DNA of 64,000 bases from Candidatus Staskawiczbacteria bacterium (GCA_963778905.1 CAVZWH010000024.1:12498-76497), one strand, 5' to 3'. Counted from the stretch's first letter, positions 52,968 through 62,795 are shown. The notes: generated from the sequence alone by a model not told the origin. Translations and numbers: made by a program.

Positions 52968-55633
52968 TTAATAACTGCTTTTAATTTTCTATGAAACTCT
53001 GGCTCATAGGTATAGTTCCCATTTCTTACAATTTCAGTAAAGAAATTGTTATAATCGTCTGAGCTTACAATATAACCAAAATACTTTTTGCCTTTCAAAA
53101 CTTTGTTTAGCTCGGCTAAATAATTATTAAGCCCCTCTAATTTCAGTTTGTTTTTTAAAGTAATATCAGTTTTATCTTTTATCTCAACAAGTAAATAAAC
53201 ACTATCATTCATTTTAATTATAAAGTCGGGGTTAAACTCAATCTTATATTCGTCCTTACTGCAATCAATATAATAAAAGCCCCTTGATTTTGATTTTATC
53301 CACGCCTCAATGGTTTCATTGTTATTAAATAACCTTTCAATAAATTCTTTTTCATTGTCGCTATCTGGGAGTATAAAATTTAAAGGGTTCTTATATTTAT
53401 CTTTTTTAATATCATAAAATCTTTTTAAAATTGATTTTTTAGCTTTACCCTTAAACAATTCAAGGTCTTCTTTGTCGTCTATTAACCCCTGCCTTTGATA
53501 TTTTTTTAATTCGTAATTTACCAAATCTTCCAAATAATCCCACTTTTCAATATCGGTAATTTCTTGGCAATAAAAAGCCTTTTCATAATCATCTAAAAAA
53601 GTCTTAATGCCAACATTAGAAACTCCAAAATCTTTCGTATTTTTTTGTTTAATTTCGTATTGCTTTTTTTCCTCTTTGGCTTTTTCAGATATGCCCCAAT
53701 CAATACTGCTAAATTCTTCTTCAATCCTTCTAAAATTATAAACTGAAATTCTGTCTTTAATTTTTGACTTCTTAATCGTGGAGCAATCTAAAACACAATC
53801 AGCAAACTCTTCTGCGTTCCTAAATTTATCGGTAAAATCAGTATCAAGCCCAACGCCTTGATTATACCAGTCAACCAAATACTTTTTTGAATAATACTCA
53901 ATTTCAAAATTTGCCTGCATATAGCCCTCGCCCTTATCTCTTAAAGTCATAGTTCCAAACGCAACATCTAAATCTTTGCCTTGCTCCTTAAAGTTAGCAG
54001 TTGCCTTATTCAATGTATCTTTCATTGATATTTTTACTGCTTTCTGCGTTTCTCTTTTCTGTTGTGCTTTATCAAAATCTTCATTAAAATCCTCAAACTT
54101 TTCTTCTAAATAATCAATGTCAAAATTAAATTCTTTTGTTGGTTTAACCTCAAAGCGGTTTGTTGTATCAACAACATCATTAACTAATAAATTTATATTT
54201 TCGTCTCCCCATTTTTTGTGGTTTAAAACAATAACTTCTTGATATTTATCGTCTAAATTTGGCACACGCCTTAAACCCCTGCCGACTACCTGCGAAATTA
54301 AAAGTTTTGAATTAAACGCTCTCTCTTGGTGAGGGACAATTAAAAATACATTCTTGCAGTCCCAACCCTCTGAAAGCATACTAACCGAAATTATCCATTC
54401 AACTTTGTTTGCCTTGCTTCCGTCGTAAATATCAACATTATCAAATAGCTCTTCATTTTTTAAATGCTCGGGGTCAGAGGTGTAGCAAATCACTTTTTCG
54501 TCAATATCCTTTTCTTTTTTGTCTTTCAAAATCTTTTTAAAATCCTCCTCAACTTTTTTGGCTTCGTTAATATCGGCAGTAATGATAATGCCAATCGGTT
54601 TTTTGTTTATACCGTTATTTTTAAATTCTTTTTTAATTTTCTCTAACTGCTCTATGGCTAATAAAAATTGTTGTTTTTCTGCTTGAATTTCAGATATTTT
54701 TTCGTCGCCCTCTGGAAGATATTTAATATCCTTAATTACATCATTTTTAATAGCGTCCATTAAACCATATCTGTAAATAACATTATGCAAATATGTATTT
54801 GTTGCCTCAAACGGAGTAGCAGTAAAGTTTATAATGTTTTTTATTTTATAATCAGCATTATCTAAAAACTCCTTCCATTTTTTAATATCTTGGTATTCTT
54901 GGTTTCTCGGGTTGCTCCCCTGATTGAAATTATAAATATGGTGGGCTTCGTCATTTATTATTAAAACATCTTCGCCTCTGCCGTTTCCAAAACTTTCCTC
55001 TTTTGACAAAACAGCATTTTCGCTTTCATAAAATTTATGTATGTTATCAATAGCCAAACAATTATCTCCCAAAGCGTCCTCGTGCAAAGAAACAAGGTTT
55101 GGAAGTTTTAAGTTTTGAATTGATTTTATTTTATCAAAAAGCTCCTCAAACTTTTGGTTTAATTGTTTTTTAATTGTCTTTGACGGAGTAATTATTTGCA
55201 CTCTTTTAATCTCTGGCAGTTCGTTTAAAAGAATTATCGCAATTAAAAACATTACATAGCTTTTGCCAGTTCCAGTCGGCAAATCAATAGTCGCAATACG
55301 CTTGTTTAAATCGTCTAATTTGCCCTTAAAACCACTTCCGTATATTTCCTTGTAATAGTCCTCTAAGTCGCTGTTATGGGCTAAATTTTCGCTTAACAGC
55401 CCGTCTAAATCGCTATACTCTAAGTAATAGCTTAAAAGCTCCTCAATGGCTTGTTTCTGAAAGAAAAACTTGTTTGTGTCTTTATCCTCGCCCCGTCCGC
55501 AGACAACATCAATCAACTCCTGATATTTTTCAAGGACTTCTGGCTTTACTCTTTTTTTAGGTTTAAGTATTAGCTTGTCTGTTTTTAATTCCATAGTTTT
55601 AAATCGTAAATTGTTTAAATAATTCATTGCCAA
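52964..55633 (-). CDS. Type III restriction enzyme Res subunit (SF2 helicase + endonuclease)
   Basis: DLPTGTGKSYVM Walker A, NDEAHHIY DEAH box, helicase C-terminal motifs; immediately downstream of mod with 35-nt overlap. Confidence 0.75.
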   Translation of the reverse strand: MAMNYLNNLRFKTMELKTDKLILKPKKRVKPEVLEKYQELIDVVCGRGEDKDTNKFFFQKQAIEELLSYYLEYSDLDGLLSENLAHNSDLEDYYKEIYGSGFKGKLDDLNKRIATIDLPTGTGKSYVMFLIAIILLNELPEIKRVQIITPSKTIKKQLNQKFEELFDKIKSIQNLKLPNLVSLHEDALGDNCLAIDNIHKFYESENAVLSKEESFGNGRGEDVLIINDEAHHIYNFNQGSNPRNQEYQDIKKWKEFLDNADYKIKNIINFTATPFEATNTYLHNVIYRYGLMDAIKNDVIKDIKYLPEGDEKISEIQAEKQQFLLAIEQLEKIKKEFKNNGINKKPIGIIITADINEAKKVEEDFKKILKDKKEKDIDEKVICYTSDPEHLKNEELFDNVDIYDGSKANKVEWIISVSMLSEGWDCKNVFLIVPHQERAFNSKLLISQVVGRGLRRVPNLDDKYQEVIVLNHKKWGDENINLLVNDVVDTTNRFEVKPTKEFNFDIDYLEEKFEDFNEDFDKAQQKRETQKAVKISMKDTLNKATANFKEQGKDLDVAFGTMTLRDKGEGYMQANFEIEYYSKKYLVDWYNQGVGLDTDFTDKFRNAEEFADCVLDCSTIKKSKIKDRISVYNFRRIEEEFSSIDWGISEKAKEEKKQYEIKQKNTKDFGVSNVGIKTFLDDYEKAFYCQEITDIEKWDYLEDLVNYELKKYQRQGLIDDKEDLELFKGKAKKSILKRFYDIKKDKYKNPLNFILPDSDNEKEFIERLFNNNETIEAWIKSKSRGFYYIDCSKDEYKIEFNPDFIIKMNDSVYLLVEIKDKTDITLKNKLKLEGLNNYLAELNKVLKGKKYFGYIVSSDDYNNFFTEIVRNGNYTYEPEFHRKLKAVIK

Positions 55634-57653
55634 AATCGTCCATAAAAATTATGGCAATTTCTTTGCCTAATCCATTTTTATCTAAAACAATTTTCTTACT
55701 CTTTACAAATCCTTCAATTTTCTTTTCATTGCCTTCGTCGTCTTCCTCAACATCATTATCAGCAAAAAATGTTTCCGACACTTTAAAAGATTTTTGGTTG
55801 TAATCTTTATCAACTAAAATCATAGCTAAATTTTCAATTCCGTCTTTGTCGCCAATTTTTACGCTATTTATTTTTATTTCAACTCCGTCTTTATCTTTTT
55901 TAATTTCTTCCTCAATTTCTATCTCAAAAGTATTAACAAAATCAAACCCTGCAATGTTAGAAAACTTTGTCTCAATATCCGACTTCTTTTTTACTTGGCT
56001 TATTTTGTTTATTTTTTCCAAAGCAACTTTATCTATTTCGGGAGCTGTTTCGTCTGTTTTGTTTTTTAGGTTTCCTCTGTTGGCTTTTAGTATTACATTA
56101 TTTCTTAAATGTTTTATAATCTGTGAGCTATCCCTATTTTCAATTACAAACTGCACGAGCAAAGAGTAGGGGATTTTGTGGATATAAAATTGAGTGTCTT
56201 TAATCTTTAAATAGTTAGTGTATAGCTTATCTTGGTTCTGGGAGATAATAATATAAACTCTTTTTAATTTACCGCCCAATTTTTTCTCTAATTGCTCTAA
56301 ATCTTGTTTTGTTATTTTACCCTTGTTAGAAAAAACATAAACAAAGTTATTGCTATATTTTCCATTAAACTCCACGCCGTTTATTTTCTCTGCTTTGTTT
56401 TTATCAACTTGAAACAAATCACAAGCAAAGTTTTTATATAAGTCGTCTTCAATAATAATCTGCTTGTCTAAATCTCTAATCTCATAAACCCCGCTATTCA
56501 TAACAATAAATGGCTTATGATTTTGAATATCTAAAAGTCTTTTTTGTGTCGTATAAATAGCTAATTTACCAGCGTCAATTCCAATCCATTTTCGGTTTAG
56601 TTCTTCTGCCATAATACAAGTTGTTCCACTACCAGCAAAAGCGTCTAAGATAAGCTCACCCTCTTTTGTGCTTGCATTTAAAATCCTCGTCAGCAATCCT
56701 TTTGATTTTTGTGTAGGGTATCCTGTATATTGATTTGAGCCACTGATAAATGGTTTTGTATAATCTCCGTCCCAAACATCTCTAACATAAACTTCGCTGT
56801 AATACTTATCAAAAATAATGCTCTTAAATCTATCTGGCAAAGACTTTCCATTTTTTATTAGTTGTATAATTTTTTCTTTATCTTTTTCTGATAATTCATT
56901 GCATTTCCCTTCTTCTTTCTTTGTATCAATAAAGGGCTTTTCATATATTACTTTTTCTTTTTCTTGTTTAAAATAAAAATCTTTGTTTTTTGAGTAAAAT
57001 AATATAGTTTGGTGTTTCCTTGCAAAAGAACTCCTGCTTATTCCTTGTATTCTATAACCATATATTATTTCGTTTATCAATTTATCCTTTCCAAAAATTT
57101 CGTCCATAACCAATTTAATTGCGTGGACACTACGATAATCTAAATGCACATAAATACACCCGTCTTTACTTAAAAGCTCTTTCATTAAGAATAGTCTCTC
57201 TCTTAAAAACTCAACAAATTCTGCACCCTCTAATTTATCTTTATAGGCTTTTGTTTCTCCGTTTTTAAAATCACTTTGTGTCGCAAAGGGAGGGTCAATA
57301 TAAATCAGTTTAATTTGCTCTTTGTATCCGTTATCAAGCAAGTATTTTAATGCTTGTAAGTTGTCGCCATAAATCAATTTGTTATACCAATTTTTCTCTC
57401 CCGCAATTTCGCTCTTTTCTTTGCTTGTGCCAAATTTTCTAATCTCTTGAAACGGGGCAGATATTGTTTTATCAATTATGGTTCTTTTATCTTTTTTTCC
57501 GTCATAAATTAACTGAGCTGTTTTATTAACTCCCAATGCCTTTTGCAAATCAAAAATTTCATTATCAAATCTAAAATCAACTGGGAGCTTCCCGTATTTT
57601 TCTAAAATTTCCTTTTTGATTTTATAATCGTCAAAACTCTTTTGATTTGCCAT
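55599..57653 (-). CDS. Type III restriction-modification Mod subunit (beta-class N6-adenine DNA methyltransferase)
   Basis: IYIDPPF (motif IV DPPF/Y) preceding LILDAFAGSGTT (motif I), central variable target-recognition region. Confidence 0.8.
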   Translation of the reverse strand: MANQKSFDDYKIKKEILEKYGKLPVDFRFDNEIFDLQKALGVNKTAQLIYDGKKDKRTIIDKTISAPFQEIRKFGTSKEKSEIAGEKNWYNKLIYGDNLQALKYLLDNGYKEQIKLIYIDPPFATQSDFKNGETKAYKDKLEGAEFVEFLRERLFLMKELLSKDGCIYVHLDYRSVHAIKLVMDEIFGKDKLINEIIYGYRIQGISRSSFARKHQTILFYSKNKDFYFKQEKEKVIYEKPFIDTKKEEGKCNELSEKDKEKIIQLIKNGKSLPDRFKSIIFDKYYSEVYVRDVWDGDYTKPFISGSNQYTGYPTQKSKGLLTRILNASTKEGELILDAFAGSGTTCIMAEELNRKWIGIDAGKLAIYTTQKRLLDIQNHKPFIVMNSGVYEIRDLDKQIIIEDDLYKNFACDLFQVDKNKAEKINGVEFNGKYSNNFVYVFSNKGKITKQDLEQLEKKLGGKLKRVYIIISQNQDKLYTNYLKIKDTQFYIHKIPYSLLVQFVIENRDSSQIIKHLRNNVILKANRGNLKNKTDETAPEIDKVALEKINKISQVKKKSDIETKFSNIAGFDFVNTFEIEIEEEIKKDKDGVEIKINSVKIGDKDGIENLAMILVDKDYNQKSFKVSETFFADNDVEEDDEGNEKKIEGFVKSKKIVLDKNGLGKEIAIIFMDDFGNELFKQFTI

Positions 57654-57657
57654 AAAA

Positions 57658-57837
57658 TTATTTGGTTTTTACTTTATTTAAAAAATTATTAAACTCTTCC
57701 TTATCTATTCTAAACTCTTTGCCTATTTTATAGGCTTTTACTTTTTTCCGCTTAATGTATCTGTAAATTGTCATTGTTGAAACTCTTAGCTTTTCAGCTA
57801 ACTCCTCAACAAGGTAAAATTCTTTTTCTTGTGTCAT
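57658..57837 (-). CDS. excisionase-family HTH DNA-binding protein (59 aa; not in ORF track because <60 aa)
   Basis: MTQEKEFYLVEELAEKLRVSTMTIYRYIKRKKVKAYKIGKEFRIDKEEFNNFL matches HTH_17/Xis pattern; stop 4 nt before mod ATG. Confidence 0.5.
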   Translation of the reverse strand: MTQEKEFYLVEELAEKLRVSTMTIYRYIKRKKVKAYKIGKEFRIDKEEFNNFLNKVKTK

Positions 57838-57841
57838 ATTT

Positions 57842-57997
57842 TTATTTTTTTATTAACCTAATATCGTCGCCATAAACAGCCTCATAAAGTCCCACAAAGT
57901 TGTTAGCTCGGCGGGTTGCTTCCTCGTCTGATAATTTTATGCCGTAATTTTTATAATATAGCTCCCTAAATTCCTCAACAGCTTCTTTTGGCAACAT
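57842..57997 (-). CDS. small hypothetical protein (51 aa) upstream of xis-like gene
   Basis: ORF MLPKEAVEEFRELYYKNYGIKLSDEEATRRANNFVGLYEAVYGDDIRLIKK in operon position; weak. Confidence 0.2.
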   Translation of the reverse strand: MLPKEAVEEFRELYYKNYGIKLSDEEATRRANNFVGLYEAVYGDDIRLIKK

Positions 57998-58072
57998 ATT
58001 TTTTTATTACTTTTTAATGCTATTATGTCATTATATCGTATTTAACAATGGTTGACAACAGCAAGCTGTGGA

Positions 58073-59203
58073 TTATTTACCTAAATCATTATTTTTTATA
58101 GTTTCCTTGATAAGTTCAGTTAATTCCTCCTTGCTAAGATTATATTTAACCTCTACATTCTTACCCTCAAAATCAACATTCCTTATAATTTCTATTTGTT
58201 TATCTGTCTCAAACCTCCCATATCCGCCAGAGCCGAAAGTCGTTGCAGTATATTTATGCCCGAAATTCTGGCTAAACGCCCGTTTCTGCTCCTCTGTAAG
58301 TGATAGTTTTGATATTTGCCTAACTAATAAATGCCTGAAAGTGTGCGGGTGGTAATACTTAACTCCCGCATTTATAAATCTTTTTTCAAAGATTTTTCTT
58401 AATGCTGTCTGTGCTTTTATAAATACTGGCTCAACTTTTCCTGTGTTGTAATAACCTATATTATCTTTGCCGTTTTCAATTTTAGTAGCGGGGAATATAG
58501 GATTTTCTGGCGTAAATCCTCTTTGCTTTTGCAAGTAATCATACCATTGCATAAAATAAGTTAAGGTCTCTTTGTAGAAAAAGGGGATTAAGACAGAGGT
58601 TATATTTGTTGAATTTTTTGTTTTTACTCCTAATTCAGTATGTTGGTATAAAACTTGTTTCTCTCGGTCAAAACTTTTCATTGGGAGCGTCATAATAGCC
58701 TCAATTCTCGCCCCTGTCATAACAGCCAAAGAAAGCAAAGCCTTGTCTCTCATTTCAATCTCGTTCTCTCCCTTGATATTCTCAATGGCTTTTTTAACAT
58801 CTTGCAAGTCGGGGCATTTTATATCTTTCGGTTGTGTAGCTTCCTGATTTTCCTTGTTAGTTAGGTGCAGATAATCAACAGCGTTATTATTGTTTATCCT
58901 TTTGTAGCCGTTTTGTTTTGATAACCAGTCAAAAAAAAGCCTTATAAATCGTAAAATATGATAGCTGTAAGTTAGGCTAACATTTTCTTGGGAGCGGACT
59001 TTTTTCTTATTTCTTAGCCAGTTGGTAAATTCAACCGCCATAGTCTCGTTAAAATTTTTAAAATCTTTATAATCGGTAAAATCCTCCCATAAACAAATAG
59101 CATTTTCGCACCTGTTAATGCTTTTGGGCGAAAATCTTTTATAGTTTTTAAGCCATTCGTAAAATTTCCTTTTTACCTGCTCGTTTTTATAAGTTGTTTT
59201 CAT
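58073..59203 (-). CDS. tyrosine recombinase / phage-type integrase
   Basis: N-terminal SAM-like DNA-binding domain; catalytic region with ARIEA (Arg), HPHTFRHLL (HxxR), downstream Tyr. Confidence 0.7.
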   Translation of the reverse strand: MKTTYKNEQVKRKFYEWLKNYKRFSPKSINRCENAICLWEDFTDYKDFKNFNETMAVEFTNWLRNKKKVRSQENVSLTYSYHILRFIRLFFDWLSKQNGYKRINNNNAVDYLHLTNKENQEATQPKDIKCPDLQDVKKAIENIKGENEIEMRDKALLSLAVMTGARIEAIMTLPMKSFDREKQVLYQHTELGVKTKNSTNITSVLIPFFYKETLTYFMQWYDYLQKQRGFTPENPIFPATKIENGKDNIGYYNTGKVEPVFIKAQTALRKIFEKRFINAGVKYYHPHTFRHLLVRQISKLSLTEEQKRAFSQNFGHKYTATTFGSGGYGRFETDKQIEIIRNVDFEGKNVEVKYNLSKEELTELIKETIKNNDLGK

Positions 59204-59273
59204 AATTTTGTTAGTTTAATTGGTTAATGGTTGAATATGGTATTTACGAGTAATAATAAATAACTATTTAATC

Positions 59274-59666
59274 TCATTGGCATACCCCCGAATACTTATT
59301 TAGCTTTGTCCCGCAAAACTCACAAATACCAGTTTTTTTAATTTGCTTATGGTTATCTTTTCCTATTGTTTTGCCAGTTTCAAGAGCTTGCTCACTGCCA
59401 GCTTTTGCTTTAACCCCTTTTCGGCATTTCATACATAAAAACTCATCTTCTTTAATATGTATTTTTCCTTTCTCCCGTTGTATTTTTATAAAATCTATTA
59501 AATCCTCCCCCCATATTAAAAATGGTTTTATTCCTTCAATGGTTGCTAACCCCTCCTCGTTAATCCAACGACGGCAAGTTTCACCGCCAACTCCCCAAAC
59601 AGCCGTTATTTCTTTTATTAAATAGCTTCTTTTTTCCGTTATTAAATTGATATTGTATTTAGGCAT
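59274..59666 (-). CDS. hypothetical HTH + C-terminal zinc-ribbon protein
   Basis: ITAVWGVGGETCRRWINEEGL HTH-like; CMKCRKG...CEFCGTK CxxC-CxxC. Confidence 0.4.
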   Translation of the reverse strand: MPKYNINLITEKRSYLIKEITAVWGVGGETCRRWINEEGLATIEGIKPFLIWGEDLIDFIKIQREKGKIHIKEDEFLCMKCRKGVKAKAGSEQALETGKTIGKDNHKQIKKTGICEFCGTKLNKYSGVCQ

Positions 59667-59948
59667 AGGGTTATCTGTCGGTTTCTTGTTTAGGCTCTTT
59701 AATTTCTTTCTTTTTGTAAAGGTGCGGATTAACTCTCATATCAACCTTTAATAACAACTGAAAAAATCCCAACAAGTTCTGCTCGGCTTCATAATCGTCA
59801 ACCTCATCTATATTTTCATTATTTAGTTTGTCGGGGTTTTCCGCTTTCATACTCCTATCCTCCCACGAGAAATGAACTTAAATAAATCTTAACAATAGCA
59901 ATAAAAAAAGCCGATTTTACTCGGCGTTTGAAAGTTGATATTTTCTAT

Positions 59949-59977
59949 TAAGTTCTGTTAAGTTCTTTTAAGTTCTT
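59949..59977. repeat. three direct repeats TTAAGTTCT at 10-bp spacing (iteron-like)
   Basis: ttaagttct at 59949, 59959, 59969; straddles stop codon of ORF 59958-61322. Confidence 0.6.
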
Positions 59978-61322
59978 TACTCTTTCTTTTTTTAAGAACC
60001 GAAAATTGCTTTTCTGTTATGATTTTTGTCTTTATTTCTGGGTTAATCATTCTAATATCCCGCCCAATGATAACATCTGTAAGGGTATATTTCCCGCCCA
60101 TATAAATCGGGCAGGCTTCATTATAATCAAAATAGTCTCTCATACTAACTGAAATATCTTTTACATTAGTCCTACTCTCTGGGCGTATGTTTTTATCTTT
60201 TATTTCTTGTATAAAAATTTGCCAACTCTCGGAAATGTCTTTTATCTCCCTCGTCTCGCCATAATCCTCATTAACGGCAACCGAGTGTTTGCCATTTTTC
60301 ATTTTTATTATTGTTATTTTTTCAACCTTGCTCTTTGGCTTTAATTCTTTTGTTTTCTTTTTACCTACTGGCTCTGCATTTTTAACCATCTCTTCTACAA
60401 CTCGCTGTTGTGATTTTGTCCGCAAAGAGGCTTTTTCGGCTTCGCTTAATTCGGGCTTCGGAGCGTCTAACATTCCGAACGCTCTGCTTTGCATTTCGTT
60501 TAATGCTTCAAGCCCTCTTAATGCCTCACTCTTTTTGCTTAAATCCTTAATCAAATAATTATGTATTGCGGTTGCGTAGTTGAGATATTTTTTCCGTTTA
60601 AGGTGAGTTGGGACAAAATGGGAGATTGTGCCGTCGCTAAAATCTTTCATTTTTTCAAAATCAATACGCACTAATTCAAGAGCCCAAAGGTCATACCAAT
60701 TTTTTGGCTCTGCATAAGCAAGTTTTCTAATAGTTTCCTCAACATTTCGGACAACTTCATAAACAAAAAGTAAATCTCCCCAAACGCCCCATTCCTCAAT
60801 TTCTGCCAGATTGTCATATAAGTATTTTAGGGCGTGAAATTCCCTTATCTTGGCTGTTATATTTATATTCCGAAAAAACATATCGCCATCTCTTTCCTCA
60901 ACAAATTTATCAACTAAATCTTTATGCCCGTTAATTTTGAGATGGTGTATTAGGTCGGAAAAATACTGGCGTAAAGTGTCTATTTTATATGCGGTAGAAC
61001 CTATTGTTTGCGGGCTTTCCTCTCTTTCATATCCTGCGATTATTTCAAGCGTTATCGGGTCGTCAATTTTCTGTTTTTTTATTTCTGCAAACAAATTATT
61101 TTTCAAAATGGCTAATTCGGCAATAGCCTCTTTTTCGCCGTTCTGAACCGCCGTTCTTTGCTTTATTGCCTCCCCTTTTAACTTATCGGCTATAACGCTC
61201 GTTTCTGGCGTTTCAATTATAAACTTTACATAGCTGGCTAAATCCTTAAAAAAATAATAATCGTCCTGCTGTTCTGCAAATGCTTTGTAATAACGCTCTA
61301 AATTTTCGGTCGTGTCGCTCAT
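59958..61322 (-). CDS. hypothetical protein (454 aa), no recognisable domain; island cargo
   Basis: Long ORF with coherent composition; Lys/Glu-rich; no motif recognised. Confidence 0.45.
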   Translation of the reverse strand: MSDTTENLERYYKAFAEQQDDYYFFKDLASYVKFIIETPETSVIADKLKGEAIKQRTAVQNGEKEAIAELAILKNNLFAEIKKQKIDDPITLEIIAGYEREESPQTIGSTAYKIDTLRQYFSDLIHHLKINGHKDLVDKFVEERDGDMFFRNINITAKIREFHALKYLYDNLAEIEEWGVWGDLLFVYEVVRNVEETIRKLAYAEPKNWYDLWALELVRIDFEKMKDFSDGTISHFVPTHLKRKKYLNYATAIHNYLIKDLSKKSEALRGLEALNEMQSRAFGMLDAPKPELSEAEKASLRTKSQQRVVEEMVKNAEPVGKKKTKELKPKSKVEKITIIKMKNGKHSVAVNEDYGETREIKDISESWQIFIQEIKDKNIRPESRTNVKDISVSMRDYFDYNEACPIYMGGKYTLTDVIIGRDIRMINPEIKTKIITEKQFSVLKKRKSKELKRT

Positions 61323-61450
61323 TGCTTTTTAAGTATTTAGTATTTAACTATTTTACTTAAAAAGTTAATCATTGTAAAGTAAGCAGAATAAAATTATTTG
61401 AATTATTGCACTATAAATGAATGTGCTATATAATACAATAATTAACAATT

Positions 61451-62788
61451 ATGAATATCAAAAAATTGTTTTCTCCCAAAATACTAAATTACAAAGTTAA
61501 GACGCAGAAATACGGCTCAACTAATTATGTAAATTTGGATAATGCGGCTACAACCCCGCCTCTTTTGGCTGTGCAAAAAGGCGTTGACGATTATCTAATA
61601 AGCTATGGCTCGGTTCATAGGGGAGCTGGGACTAAATCTAAAATTTCAACAGATATTTATGAGGATAGCAGGGAAGTCATTAAAGATTTTGTTAATGCCC
61701 CAAAAGATAACTATGTTATTTTTACAACAAATACAACGGAGGCAATAAATACAGCCGCTTACTTTTTTTCGTTTTTGGAGGGCAAGGTTGCCGTTTCAGA
61801 AGTTGAGCATAGCTCGTCTTGGCTTCCGTGGATAGAAACAGAGGGAATAAAAATGCTCGGCTCAAAACAGGTGTCTTTATCCGAAGTTGAAAGCGAAAAT
61901 CAGAAAATACAGGAATTAGGGCGACAGCAAGTTATACAATATGATGTTAATGACGAGTTTGAATTTAATCTTGCGGACATTGAAAAAATACTCAAAGAAA
62001 ATAAAATAAAAGTCGTGGTCTTAACTGCGGCTTCAAACATCACTGGATATTGCCCCGATATAAAATCGGTAGGCGAGTTAGCTCATAAATACGGAGCTTA
62101 TTTTTTGGTGGACGCTTGCCAGTTTATCCAACATCACAAAATTGATATGCAAGCTATGGGTATTGATTTTCTTGTTGCTTCGGGACACAAGTTTTATGCT
62201 CCGTATGGCGACGGATTTTTAATTGGTGCAAAGAATTTTCTTGACGAATTTTTGCCCTACCAGATTGGAGGAGGTAATTTGCCGTATATAACGCAGGAGG
62301 GCGAGTTTCTACGCTTTAAGACGCAATTAGCTCACGACCCTGGCACTCCCAACGCTGTGGGAGCTGTTGCTATGGCTATTGCCTTAAAAGAATTAAAAAA
62401 GATAGGTATGGACGATATTGAAAAGCACGACGAGAAACTTACAACTAAATTATTTGATTATCTCGCTTCAAACCCAAAGGTTGAACTTTATGTTTCTAAA
62501 AAACATTTGACTACCGTAATACCTTTCAATATCAAGGGAATGGGTGCAAATGAAGTTGCAGAAAGACTGAATAGCGTTTATGGTATTGGCGTAAGGGCTG
62601 GGAGTTTCTGCGTATATAAAGTAGTTAGAAAATTACTACATATCACAGACGAAACAGAAATAATTAAATCCGTAAAAGCTGGAAGCACAGAAAAAGTTCC
62701 GTCGTTAGTCAGAGCTTCAATAGGTCTTTGCAATACTGAAAAAGATATAAAACGCTTAATTGAGGCAATTAAGGAAATAACTAAATAA
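61451..62788 (+). CDS. class V aminotransferase-fold PLP enzyme (cysteine desulfurase/SufS-NifS-like)
   Basis: SGHKFYAPYGDGFL (PLP-Lys in SGHK), NTTEAIN, catalytic-loop Cys (GSFCVY). Confidence 0.7.
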   Translation: MNIKKLFSPKILNYKVKTQKYGSTNYVNLDNAATTPPLLAVQKGVDDYLISYGSVHRGAGTKSKISTDIYEDSREVIKDFVNAPKDNYVIFTTNTTEAINTAAYFFSFLEGKVAVSEVEHSSSWLPWIETEGIKMLGSKQVSLSEVESENQKIQELGRQQVIQYDVNDEFEFNLADIEKILKENKIKVVVLTAASNITGYCPDIKSVGELAHKYGAYFLVDACQFIQHHKIDMQAMGIDFLVASGHKFYAPYGDGFLIGAKNFLDEFLPYQIGGGNLPYITQEGEFLRFKTQLAHDPGTPNAVGAVAMAIALKELKKIGMDDIEKHDEKLTTKLFDYLASNPKVELYVSKKHLTTVIPFNIKGMGANEVAERLNSVYGIGVRAGSFCVYKVVRKLLHITDETEIIKSVKAGSTEKVPSLVRASIGLCNTEKDIKRLIEAIKEITK

Positions 62789-62795
62789 TTAAAAT

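Larger units (their letters stand above)
51456..61322. mobile_element. integrative island inserted next to tRNA-Lys: serine recombinase, Type III R-M, Xis-like, tyrosine integrase, unknown cargo (right boundary uncertain)
   Basis: tRNA-adjacent recombinase overlapping tRNA 3' end, two recombinases, R-M cargo, all on minus strand opposite to flanking housekeeping genes. Confidence 0.45.

Noticed and set aside
55846-56169. 107-aa plus-strand ORF inside the mod gene, and 54464-54646 inside res
   Set aside because: They are antisense to strongly supported methyltransferase/helicase coding sequence, with hydrophobic low-complexity translations typical of AT-rich antisense frames.
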